From contig JAKQPK010000050.1 of assembly GCA_029564765.1 (NCBI GenBank), positions 146,977 through 210,976 of the forward strand: a DNA stretch of 64,000 nt. Direction: 5' to 3'. The stretch is from Candidatus Omnitrophota bacterium. GTDB lineage: Bacteria; Omnitrophota; Gorgyraeia; Zapsychrales; Aceulaceae. The notes under the pieces were generated by a model, which was given only the letters and a program-made list of their open reading frames with translations, searched no databases and was not told where the DNA came from. The position numbers were made by a program, and so were the translations under genes. Positions 9,315 to 18,159 of the stretch are shown piece by piece; position 1 is the first letter of the stretch; each line of letters begins with the position of its first letter.

Positions 9315-9845
9315 CTAAAGATCGTCTGCAATAACCTTCGTCCACAAGCCTTTTGCTCTCAATAAAAGCTCGATCACTTCCCGCACAGCTCCATCGCCAC
9401 CGCAACGTGTCGTTACCACATCAGCAGCGTTCTTTGCCTCAGCAACAGCGTTACGAACAGCGATACCTAGCCCCGCACGTCTAAGGATCTGGCAATCCGT
9501 AATATCGTCACCAATAAAGCACACCTGCGCGTCCACAACTTTGAACTCTTTTAGCATGTGCTCATAGGCTGTCATCTTGGGATAAGAACCTGAATATAGC
9601 CTATCAATATGAAGATAATCCGCTCGGATCTTGACGACCTTGGAATTACCTGCCGTGATGATCGCCGTCTTGATACCGGCACGCTTAAGGATCACAATGC
9701 CAAATCCGTCTTGGACGTTAAAGCTCTTGAGCTCTCTCCCTTGCCCATCAAATATCAGCTGGCCATCGGTCAGGACGCCATCAACATCCATGGCTAAGAC
9801 CTTGATATTCTTCATCTTTGCTTTCAGCGCTGAGGTAATCTTCAT
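9315..9845 (-). CDS. kdsC: 3-deoxy-D-manno-octulosonate 8-phosphate phosphatase
   Basis: HAD motif LAMDVDGVLTDG..., GDDITD; 176 aa; kds cluster. Confidence 0.85.
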   Translation of the reverse strand: MKITSALKAKMKNIKVLAMDVDGVLTDGQLIFDGQGRELKSFNVQDGFGIVILKRAGIKTAIITAGNSKVVKIRADYLHIDRLYSGSYPKMTAYEHMLKEFKVVDAQVCFIGDDITDCQILRRAGLGIAVRNAVAEAKNAADVVTTRCGGDGAVREVIELLLRAKGLWTKVIADDL

Positions 9846-10804
9846 TAGACGATCCCCGCTTTTAATAAATCCTGGACATCAAGCAAACCAACGGACCTCC
9901 CTTTTTCATCCACAACAGGAACCTCATCGATACGGCGCTGCTGCAGCAAACACATGGCTTCAGCGGCAAGATGATCCTGCGCGATCGTTGCTGGATCCTT
10001 GGTCATGACCATCTCAACCTTTTGCTGCAAGAAAAGGGATCCGTTCTTTAAATGACGACGTAAATCCCCATCTGTAAAGATCCCCACAAGCTTTCCCTTC
10101 GAGTCGATAACGCACGCAGAGCCGCAACGGGCTTTCGTGATCGCGAAAAGGACATCCTTAACGGATGAAGAAGGCTTGACCTTGGCATATTGAGAGCCTG
10201 TACGCATGATATCTGCTACGCGAAGCAAAAGATTCCTGCCTAAGGATCCGCCGGGGTGATAAAAAGCAAAATCTTCTCGCCTAAAATTCTTTTTATCGAT
10301 CAAACATGCCGCTAGCGCGTCTCCGATCACCAAGGTGGCCGTTGTCGACGCCATGGGCGCAAGGCCTAAAGGGCATCCTTCTTTTTTGACAGCGACATTC
10401 AAGACAATATCACAGTAGCGGCCTAAAGATGACCGGGGGTTGCCGGTGATCGCGATCGATTTGATGCCGATCTTCTTCAGCAACGGCAGCAAGCTTTTCG
10501 TTTCATCTGTTTCTCCACTGTGAGAGATCAGGATCATGACATCGATCTTTGTTACCTGTCCAAGGTCCCCATGCAGCGCTTCAGCGGAATGCAGCCAAAA
10601 AGACGGGGTTCCTGTCGACGATAGTGTGGCTGCGATCTTGCGTCCGATCAGGCCTGTTTTTCCCATGCCACAAACGATCACGCGCCCTTTACATTTCGCC
10701 AACATGTCAACCGCGTCAACGAACTCTGACCCTAATCTTTTTTTTAGCTGGCTAATAGCCTCAAGCTCAGCAGTGATAACACTTTTTGCTCTTTGCAATA
10801 CCAT
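9845..10804 (-). CDS. kdsD: Arabinose-5-phosphate isomerase (SIS + tandem CBS)
   Basis: SIS domain GMGKTGLIGRKIAATL, C-terminal CBS pair; 319 aa. Confidence 0.9.
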   Translation of the reverse strand: MVLQRAKSVITAELEAISQLKKRLGSEFVDAVDMLAKCKGRVIVCGMGKTGLIGRKIAATLSSTGTPSFWLHSAEALHGDLGQVTKIDVMILISHSGETDETKSLLPLLKKIGIKSIAITGNPRSSLGRYCDIVLNVAVKKEGCPLGLAPMASTTATLVIGDALAACLIDKKNFRREDFAFYHPGGSLGRNLLLRVADIMRTGSQYAKVKPSSSVKDVLFAITKARCGSACVIDSKGKLVGIFTDGDLRRHLKNGSLFLQQKVEMVMTKDPATIAQDHLAAEAMCLLQQRRIDEVPVVDEKGRSVGLLDVQDLLKAGIV

Positions 10805-10812
10805 ATTTTCCC

Positions 10813-11643
10813 TTAATGAAAACGTTGTTTGACAACACGATCGATCTGCTTTAATCCTTGCAGCAATTCTCTAAGCTTAGATAAAGGTAATGAATTAGGC
10901 CCGTCCGACAAGGCTTGCTTAGGATGAGGATGGACCTCCAGAAAGAGAGCGGAAATTCCAGCCGCAACGGCGCAGCGCGAAAGCAAAGGTACGTACTCAC
11001 TGTTGCCGCCGGATTGATCCCCCTTGCCACCTGGCTGCTGAACACTATGGGTGGCATCATAAATGACAGGATAGCCTGTATTCTTCATGATCTCAATAGA
11101 ACGAAAATCACTCACAAGATTGTTGTAGCCAAAGGTCACGCCTCTTTCTGTCAAAAGGATCTTTTTGTTTCCTTGCGATTCGACCTTTTTAATGACTTGC
11201 CCGATATCCCAAGGAGCCAAAAACTGTCCTTTCTTAATATTAACGATCTTGCCCGTTTGAGCCGCAGCCACGATCAAGTCTGTTTGACGGCATAAAAAAG
11301 CAGGGATCTGAATAATGTCCAGCACATTCGCCGCCTCCGCGATCTCATCCACGCCGTGGACATCGCTAAGGACCGGGACACCAATACGTTCTTTAATGTC
11401 ACGTAAGACAGCAAGCCCCTTCAAAAGCCCTGGGCCGCGAAAGGAATTTAAGGATGTTCTATTAGCCTTATCGTAACTTGCCTTAAAAATAAAAGGTACG
11501 CCTGCTTCGCGCGCGATCGTTTTTAAAGCGCTCGCAAGGCGTAGCGCGAATGTTCGCCCTTCGATCACGCACGGCCCAGCGATCAACACAAAAGGATGCG
11601 ACCCACCCATCTTGATGTTCCCTATTGAAACGGTCGTACTCAT
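10813..11643 (-). CDS. kdsA: 2-dehydro-3-deoxyphosphooctonate aldolase (KDO8P synthase)
   Basis: LIAGPCVIE, DAThSVQ-like motifs; 276 aa. Confidence 0.9.
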   Translation of the reverse strand: MSTTVSIGNIKMGGSHPFVLIAGPCVIEGRTFALRLASALKTIAREAGVPFIFKASYDKANRTSLNSFRGPGLLKGLAVLRDIKERIGVPVLSDVHGVDEIAEAANVLDIIQIPAFLCRQTDLIVAAAQTGKIVNIKKGQFLAPWDIGQVIKKVESQGNKKILLTERGVTFGYNNLVSDFRSIEIMKNTGYPVIYDATHSVQQPGGKGDQSGGNSEYVPLLSRCAVAAGISALFLEVHPHPKQALSDGPNSLPLSKLRELLQGLKQIDRVVKQRFH

Positions 11644-12380
11644 TTCCTAACCTTTCGTAAGAACGCTTTGACCTTGTCCAGGTCTTCAGCCGTATCAACG
11701 CTCAATGTCTCTTTATCTGTCAGCGTTGTTTTGATCTTGTATCCCGCTTCCAGGACACGCAACTGCTCCAGCTTTTCGGTTTCTTCAAGGATCGAGCGAG
11801 GCAATTTCTTAAAGCTCATCAGAAAACTTTTTTGATACGCATAGATCCCTAAATGCTTATAGTATGTTAAAGTCGAGAATTTTGCCGCCTCTCGGTTAAA
11901 AGGGATCGTCGATCGTGAAAAATAAAGCGCGTATCCTTTTCTATCAATAACGACCTTAACGATATTAGGATTGTCAAGGTCTTCTTCTTTGACAATAGGC
12001 TTAATGACCGTCGCGACAGGCGCCTCTTTTTCCTTTCTCAAGGCCCCAATAAGCCCGTCGATAATACTGCCATCGATCAAAGGTTCATCACCCTGAATAT
12101 TGAGAACATGGGCAGCGTTAAGATCTTTGACCGCTTCGATAACGCGATCGGACCCAGACTGACACTCAGGACTTGTCATTACAACCTTTGCGCCAAATCC
12201 TTCACAGACAGCCTTAACACGTTCATCATCCGTCGCCACATAAAGATCATCAAGGTACTTCGAACGGTTTGCCCCCTCCCACACATGCTGGATCAAAGGC
12301 TTTCCAAGAATATCCGCTAAAACCTTCGCCTTAAGCCGTGTCGATCCGTATCGAGCAGGAATAACACCAATAGCTTTCAT
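11640..12380 (-). CDS. kdsB: 3-deoxy-manno-octulosonate cytidylyltransferase (CMP-KDO synthetase)
   Basis: MKAIGVIPARYGSTRL N-terminus typical of KdsB; 246 aa; ATGA overlap with kdsA. Confidence 0.9.
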   Translation of the reverse strand: MKAIGVIPARYGSTRLKAKVLADILGKPLIQHVWEGANRSKYLDDLYVATDDERVKAVCEGFGAKVVMTSPECQSGSDRVIEAVKDLNAAHVLNIQGDEPLIDGSIIDGLIGALRKEKEAPVATVIKPIVKEEDLDNPNIVKVVIDRKGYALYFSRSTIPFNREAAKFSTLTYYKHLGIYAYQKSFLMSFKKLPRSILEETEKLEQLRVLEAGYKIKTTLTDKETLSVDTAEDLDKVKAFLRKVRK

Positions 12381-12384
12381 AATA

Positions 12385-13413
12385 TTAACTCTCTGTCATA
12401 GCAGCTAAAATTTCATTAGGAGTTACCGCAACAGCCCCGGTTTTTCCAACCACAACGCCTGCGGCATAGTTTGCAAGGATCGCAGCCTCCTGCTTAGAAG
12501 CCCCTGCTGCTAAGCTCAGAGTAAAAACAGAAATAACCGTATCCCCTGCGCCCGTGACATCAAAAACTTCTTTAGCTTTTGTGGCTATTAGAAAAGGCTC
12601 TTGGCCTTTCTGAAAAAGACACATCCCTTGTTCACCCAAGGTCACAAGCAACGACTCCAAATTCAAATAATTCAATATTTCTTGTCCAGCCAAACGAACA
12701 TCTTTGATGGTCTTTAGTTTGTCGTTCTTGATCTTGAGCTGACGCCCTTTTTCATGCGTGATGATAATATTGCGGATCGCGTTTTCAGTTTCTTTTCGGT
12801 TTGGCGTTATGCACGTGGCCTGATGATAGTAATTAAAATGCTCCACCTTAGGATCAACAGTAACGATCTTGCGATAACGGCGCTTTAGCGCGCAAACTCG
12901 ACGGACAAGATCCTTTGTGATGACACCTTTACCGTAATCCGACAAAATGATAGCGTCAAACTTATTGAAATTCTTCTCAATAAACGCGATTATCTTTTGA
13001 CTCGCTTCAAGGCTCACGCCAGATCCATTTTCTCGGTCAACACGGACCACTTGCTGATGCTGGGCGATAATACGGGTCTTTAAAGACGTTACGCCGTTAA
13101 GATCCTTGACCAAACCCGCAGTTCCAATACAGCGCTTTTTAAACTCTCGATACAGGATCCTCGCCTCTAGGTCGTCTCCTACTTGACCAGAGAGAACAAC
13201 ACGCGCGCCTAAACTGCTCAAATTGTTGGCCACATTGGCGGCGCCGCCTGGGGTAAAGCGCGCCTCTCCCTCCTGCAGCACAACAGGCACAGGCGCTTCC
13301 GGAGAGATCCTTTCAACGGCGCCATGGATATATTGATCCAAAATAATGTCGCCGATGACCAAGATCTTCTTTCCGCGGAAGCAAGAAATGATATGTGTTG
13401 GAAAATTGATCAT
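12385..13413 (-). CDS. hldE: D-glycero-beta-D-manno-heptose-7-phosphate kinase (HldE domain I / HldA only; pfkB family)
   Basis: pfkB/ribokinase-fold motifs (GGAANVANNL, DVTGAGD). 342 aa, so it lacks the C-terminal adenylyltransferase domain of bifunctional HldE. Confidence 0.85.
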   Translation of the reverse strand: MINFPTHIISCFRGKKILVIGDIILDQYIHGAVERISPEAPVPVVLQEGEARFTPGGAANVANNLSSLGARVVLSGQVGDDLEARILYREFKKRCIGTAGLVKDLNGVTSLKTRIIAQHQQVVRVDRENGSGVSLEASQKIIAFIEKNFNKFDAIILSDYGKGVITKDLVRRVCALKRRYRKIVTVDPKVEHFNYYHQATCITPNRKETENAIRNIIITHEKGRQLKIKNDKLKTIKDVRLAGQEILNYLNLESLLVTLGEQGMCLFQKGQEPFLIATKAKEVFDVTGAGDTVISVFTLSLAAGASKQEAAILANYAAGVVVGKTGAVAVTPNEILAAMTES

Positions 13414-13481
13414 AATTATTATAAGTATTAATAAGGCAAGGAGGACAAATTTGCTCTCTTACGACTCAACTAAAGAGCCGA

Positions 13482-13510
13482 TTTTAGCATAGTTTAAAAA
13501 GAGCGTCAAA
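13482..13510 (-). promoter_or_regulatory. Candidate sigma70 promoter for hldE-kdsBA...: -35 TTGACG, 17-nt spacer, -10 TAAAAT, read on the minus strand
   Basis: Seen in the 154-bp intergenic gap upstream of hldE. Reverse complement of cgtcaa at 13505-13510 and of atttta at 13482-13487. Confidence 0.45.
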
Positions 13511-13567
13511 CTAATAAATTTCCTTAAAAACCATTACAAATAAGAAAAAATCCTTATTTTATCACTC

Positions 13568-14740
13568 TCAAGGATCAGGAATGGCCAGCTCCATTTCATA
13601 ACTCGCCCGCTGTTCCACTGATCCCGCAGAAAATTGGGACATTGAAGAAGCCTCGACAGAGCTTCCCCGATACAGCGATCCTGGCCCCTGGGAAATATTT
13701 TCTTCATAGCTCTCACGAATATGGATCTGATATGGAAAATCAAAAAACTTCTCCTTGGCGCCAATCCCAAACGTTGCATCAACAGCTATCCATCCTTCTT
13801 TCGGAAGGTAAATTTCTGCCCAGGCGTGGCCGGAATCTGCGATATACCTGCGAGGATCGTCTTGTGGCTGGAAGACGATCCCTAAAACTTGCCGCGTTGG
13901 AATATCGCTAAGGCGTGCGAGCGTGATAAAAAGTCTTGAGAGATCAACACAGTTTCCAGTCTTATTGAACAATGTCATGTGCACCGACTGACTTCCCGAA
14001 AGCCCCTTGGTATTTTGATAGATGAAATTATCAGCGATGTAATCATAGATAGCCCTTGCTTTATCCTTCAGCAGGGTCTTCTCCTTCGTAGCCGCCTGAA
14101 CCACATCGTTTAAGTCTTTACGATCTCTGAGTGATTTTTCAACGGAAAGGTAGAGTTTTAGCTGGGATTCTGGCAAGGCAAGGGCGGATGAACCCGATAA
14201 CAAATCCTTTTTTTCTTTTTCTGGATCAATGGTCACATTGTACGAGATCACGATCTTTCGTTCTTCGCCCGGTTTAACATTGCTAAAATGAAAGATAGAA
14301 ACTTTATTCCCATCCGGACGATCGATCAGAGCACTTGCTGTCGGCTCAGCGATGATATTGACCATTGTCTGCCCCGGAATGTCTATCCGAGACAATGGAA
14401 AAATAAATTGTAAGGTCACGAGTTCAATCTGAGATCGAAAAAGAAAAGTTTTTCGGACATTGTATGAGATCTTTTGAGCGGCTTGCGGTAGCGAGACCTG
14501 CGTTATTTCCGCCCTCTGAAACCGTTCGATTTCATCTATGTAGAAAGTTGTGGTAAGCCCATCGCGCTCAAGAACAATAAATTTCTCCGTAATATCTGCG
14601 ATCGTTCCAATGTACTCTTTGCCAGACTTCAAAATAACTGTATCAGCAAAAACGTTAAAAACAGAAAGATTTACTAACGCGGCATGGATAAAAAGGATGG
14701 AGAAAATGACCCGAAGATGAGCAGGGATAGGTCGCGCCAT
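13568..14740 (-). CDS. Membrane-anchored transglutaminase-like cysteine protease superfamily protein
   Basis: N-terminal TM. Cys-His-Asp core: GNCVDLSRLF..., GHAWAEIYLP, AVDAT. 390 aa. Confidence 0.75.
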   Translation of the reverse strand: MARPIPAHLRVIFSILFIHAALVNLSVFNVFADTVILKSGKEYIGTIADITEKFIVLERDGLTTTFYIDEIERFQRAEITQVSLPQAAQKISYNVRKTFLFRSQIELVTLQFIFPLSRIDIPGQTMVNIIAEPTASALIDRPDGNKVSIFHFSNVKPGEERKIVISYNVTIDPEKEKKDLLSGSSALALPESQLKLYLSVEKSLRDRKDLNDVVQAATKEKTLLKDKARAIYDYIADNFIYQNTKGLSGSQSVHMTLFNKTGNCVDLSRLFITLARLSDIPTRQVLGIVFQPQDDPRRYIADSGHAWAEIYLPKEGWIAVDATFGIGAKEKFFDFPYQIHIRESYEENISQGPGSLYRGSSVEASSMSQFSAGSVEQRASYEMELAIPDP

Positions 14741-14756
14741 AGAGTAAGGGCTTCGT

Positions 14757-15113
14757 CTAGCGATAGCTGTCGAATTTCTTCATGGAGTTCATATAATTAA
14801 GCAAACGACGGATATCTTGATCGGGAAGATCAACGAACTTGATACCGACCTCGTAGCGCCTATTCTTCACAACTTCATTGACCCATCTCACGACCCCTTT
14901 CGCGACAAAAGAAAAGCCAATCTTTTCTAGTGTAAGCGTCAGATCAATAGTGATTCCGGGTTCAAGTTTTTCTTCTGAGATAAAGCAGATCCCTGCCTGG
15001 CTAATATCCTTGATCTCACTTTTTGTCTTTTTGCCTGACGAAATAGGCGTATAGACAACATCGGAACAATCTGGGACACGAACAAACTCACGCTGATCAA
15101 ATCTCTCTGCCAT
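14757..15113 (-). CDS. Stand-alone PilZ-domain protein (putative c-di-GMP receptor)
   Basis: RxxxR (REFVR) and DxSxxG (DISQAG) motifs; 118 aa. Confidence 0.7.
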   Translation of the reverse strand: MAERFDQREFVRVPDCSDVVYTPISSGKKTKSEIKDISQAGICFISEEKLEPGITIDLTLTLEKIGFSFVAKGVVRWVNEVVKNRRYEVGIKFVDLPDQDIRRLLNYMNSMKKFDSYR

Positions 15114-15129
15114 GGATTACCTCGTATGT

Positions 15130-16218
15130 TCAGGGGTTAACATTATTATCATCCTTTTTATCCTTTTTAGACATTTTTTTCTGTAAAATCGTTCGCGCGG
15201 CCTCTACCACATGATCCACCGTGATCGATCGCAAGCACTGAAAATGACGATCACAGTTATGGGCTAAGCAAACCTTGCATCCGATATCATGATGCAAAGC
15301 AATATCTAACTCGCCTAAGGGTTTCCAGCGAGTAGCCGATAAGCCTGCTTGATTGCGGCCAAAGATTGAAACCACAGGTGTCTGAACACCCACAGCCAAA
15401 TGAACAGGCCCAGAATCATTAGAGATCAGCAAGGCACATCTCCTTAAAAGGCTAATCAGATGACTTATGGTTGTTCGGCCTGTCATGTCTACAACAGTTT
15501 GCTTCATAGATAGCAAAACCTCCCGAGCGACAAGCTGATTATCGCCAGAGCCTATCACAACGATCTTTGACTGATATTCTTTCGCAAGAATGTCGGCAAC
15601 TTCCGCGAAACGCTGTGGAGGCCAACGTTTCGAGAGGCAACTAGCCCCAGGATGGATCGCGATAAGTCGGTCATCAGGATCAATATGATTTTCTGTAAAA
15701 AGTTTTTCAACCCACGCTTCAGAGGCGCGGTGGATCGGAATATGGACCTGGAATCCTTGAGGGTCAACACCGATATTTCTTAATAGGTCCAAGCAATATT
15801 CCGCTTCATGCTTAGTCCCATCCGTTCGAGGATCTGGATAGCTCTCCGTCAGCAAAAAACCGAACTTGTCGTTCGCAAAACCGATCCGGTTCGGGATCCC
15901 CGCGTGGAACAGCATAAAATTAGTTCTGTTCTTCAAATGATAATTGATCGCAAGGTCAAATTTTTTACTCTTTAAAAAACGAATGAACCGCCAAAAACCA
16001 AGAAATCCCTTATCTTTGCCTCTCTTGTCATAGGCGATCACTTCATCTATAAAAGGATTACCTTCTACCACATCTTTTGTTGCGGATGTCACCATGACGG
16101 AGATCCTGGCCAAAGGATATGCCTTACGCAAAGACTCTAGGACGGGTGTTGTCAACACAACATCACCGATCCGGTCAGTCCTGACAACAAGAATATTCTT
16201 AAAATATCGTTGCTTCAT
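15130..16218 (-). CDS. GT9-family ADP-heptose:LPS heptosyltransferase
   Basis: N-terminal ILVVRTDRIGDVV; C-terminal ISNDSGPVHLA...SIFG. Confidence 0.85.
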   Translation of the reverse strand: MKQRYFKNILVVRTDRIGDVVLTTPVLESLRKAYPLARISVMVTSATKDVVEGNPFIDEVIAYDKRGKDKGFLGFWRFIRFLKSKKFDLAINYHLKNRTNFMLFHAGIPNRIGFANDKFGFLLTESYPDPRTDGTKHEAEYCLDLLRNIGVDPQGFQVHIPIHRASEAWVEKLFTENHIDPDDRLIAIHPGASCLSKRWPPQRFAEVADILAKEYQSKIVVIGSGDNQLVAREVLLSMKQTVVDMTGRTTISHLISLLRRCALLISNDSGPVHLAVGVQTPVVSIFGRNQAGLSATRWKPLGELDIALHHDIGCKVCLAHNCDRHFQCLRSITVDHVVEAARTILQKKMSKKDKKDDNNVNP

Positions 16219-17186
16219 AAAGCGATCAGCTCTTTCATGCGCATCAAAACCTCTTGAGGGTCAATAGTGGTCATAAGACCTTCACCGGCTTCATTGATCG
16301 TCTTTGCTCGAACAAAACAACTACGTTCACCCCAAGGACCATACTTGCGCGGGTCCGTGGGCCCAAACAGAGCAACAGTTGGAACATCAAAATAGCTGGC
16401 AAGATGCATGGCCGCGCTATCATTACAAAGCAAAAGACGGCTATTGCGCAAAACCCATGTTGTTTCCAGCAAGGAAAGCTTGCCACAAAGGTTAACAGCT
16501 CCTTGCGAGACCCTCCTGATAATGTTCTCTGCTCCTTCGTAATCAAGTATGTCTCCAACAAAGAATACAGGCATGCGATATACTTGGACCAACGCTTGAC
16601 AGATAAAAATAAAACCATCTGCGGTCCATCGCTTTTTTCGGTCTGCAGAGCCAGCGGCGATCACGCAATATCCTTTACCATACTCCAAGGCCTGACGTAA
16701 AATATTCTCAGATTTCTTTCTTATCGTTTCATCAATAAAGATCGCATAACGTTTTTTTGTGCGCTCCACATCAGAAAAAAGACTTTGCAGCCTCTGCCAA
16801 TGTTGATCACGCTTGTGCAGATACGGATCGATATGTGTAAAAACAGAAGTATGAAATGGCACTCCTAGAAAATACCCTAACGCTGTGTTGCGCAGATCAA
16901 TGACCGCGTCAAAGCGTTGCTGTCTCAGCTGCCGGACCAAGAAAACAAGCTCACCGAAGGTTTCCTTTTTTGTAAAAACATGCACCTTCTTGATATAAGG
17001 ATTGCGCTCGAACAACGTCTGGGCTTTTGGCCCAACGACGATCGAAATTTCTGCTAAGGGAAAACGATTGATGAGCGCATCGATCACCGGACACGTTAAG
17101 ACCACGTCCCCGATATTCGTAAGGCTTACAACAAGGATCTTTTTAATTTCGCACTTGTTCAATTTTTTCCACCACGTCTTTAACAC
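16215..17186 (-). CDS. GT9-family heptosyltransferase
   Basis: ILVVSLTNIGDVV...; CNDSAAMHLA; ATGA overlap with the downstream GT9. Confidence 0.85.
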   Translation of the reverse strand: MLKTWWKKLNKCEIKKILVVSLTNIGDVVLTCPVIDALINRFPLAEISIVVGPKAQTLFERNPYIKKVHVFTKKETFGELVFLVRQLRQQRFDAVIDLRNTALGYFLGVPFHTSVFTHIDPYLHKRDQHWQRLQSLFSDVERTKKRYAIFIDETIRKKSENILRQALEYGKGYCVIAAGSADRKKRWTADGFIFICQALVQVYRMPVFFVGDILDYEGAENIIRRVSQGAVNLCGKLSLLETTWVLRNSRLLLCNDSAAMHLASYFDVPTVALFGPTDPRKYGPWGERSCFVRAKTINEAGEGLMTTIDPQEVLMRMKELIAL

Positions 17187-18159
17187 TAATAGCTTTCATA
17201 CAAATATTATCCTGGCATTGCTCATGATAACAAGGCTTGATATTGCAACCCACGTGAAAACGAAGAATAGAGGTTCTCCCTCCACCGCGTGGACCCGTGA
17301 CATCCGGATGAGTAGGGCCAAAAAGCCCAACGACGGGAGTTGCGACGCTGGTTGCGACATGTAGCGGCCCCGAATCAGCAGACACAGCGACATGGACACT
17401 TTTCATAAGGCCTACAAGCTGTGAAAAATTTGTATGTCCGACCATGATGATCGGCTTGCGCACTGTTTCCTTGAGAATACGCTCTTTTAATACTTGTTCG
17501 CTTACCCCGCCGCAAATCACCACCTTTGTATTCTCTCTTTCTGTCAACGCATCAGAAAGTTTCGCAAAATTCTCTATCGGCCAGCGCTTTAAAGACCAAT
17601 TGCCGCCAACATGCATCAAAACCACAAAATCATGCTCCTTGACCCCCAAAGCTGCCAACTGTTCTTGAGCGGCGGTAACATCTTCGGACGAAACTCGCAA
17701 ATTAGTTGTGCGCGGAACCGTCGACAGATCGCAAAAGGACTCAACAACCTTTAGATAATGATCACTTCGATGCACCATGCCTTGCGGTACATCCATGCGA
17801 TGCGTTAAGAGCCATCCGCGCCTTTTTATGTTATAGCCAGCACGAACGGGAATGCCAGCCAAGAAAACCAATAACGCCCTTGTCCAAGAGCCGTGCAGCA
17901 AAAATACGCCATCGAACTTTTGCGCTCTGATCTCACGCACAAGCCTGATCTTGCCTAGCAAGAAACGATCCTTCCCTTTTTCGTCATAGATCATGACATC
18001 GTCAACACAAGGGATGTGCTGCGCGACTTCCGCAACCCGCGGCACAGTCAAACAACAAATACGCGCGCTAGGATACTGCTTGCGAAGAGCAGCAAAAACA
18101 GGAGAAGAAAAAATAACATCTCCTAACCAATTTACGTTCACGACTAGGATTCGTTTCAT
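17143..18159 (-). CDS. GT9-family heptosyltransferase
   Basis: ILVVNVNWLGDVIF; SADSGPLHVA. Confidence 0.85.
   Translation of the reverse strand: MKRILVVNVNWLGDVIFSSPVFAALRKQYPSARICCLTVPRVAEVAQHIPCVDDVMIYDEKGKDRFLLGKIRLVREIRAQKFDGVFLLHGSWTRALLVFLAGIPVRAGYNIKRRGWLLTHRMDVPQGMVHRSDHYLKVVESFCDLSTVPRTTNLRVSSEDVTAAQEQLAALGVKEHDFVVLMHVGGNWSLKRWPIENFAKLSDALTERENTKVVICGGVSEQVLKERILKETVRKPIIMVGHTNFSQLVGLMKSVHVAVSADSGPLHVATSVATPVVGLFGPTHPDVTGPRGGGRTSILRFHVGCNIKPCYHEQCQDNICMKAISVKDVVEKIEQVRN

Noticed and set aside
9297-9405. Longer 307-aa version of the LptA-like ORF starting at 9405
   Set aside because: It would overlap kdsC by 90 nt and bury the obvious signal peptide (MKKNILFLVIFASGILFAYPLLAQ) 36 residues inside the protein. 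The internal Met at 9297 is the more plausible start.
13441-13493. Plus-strand AAGGAGG followed by TTG and a 13-codon ORF in the hldE upstream gap
   Set aside because: The ORF is only 13 codons, uses a TTG start and has no conservation argument. The SD-like string is simply the complement of the pyrimidine-rich leader on the minus strand.
16254-16700. 148-aa plus-strand ORF (and similar ones at 22591-23049, 47933-48479, 58760-59308, 7872-8228) lying antisense inside well-supported minus-strand genes
   Set aside because: Each is fully embedded opposite a gene with clear family motifs. None has an SD/promoter context or a recognisable domain. Several are low-complexity. They are typical shadow ORFs.
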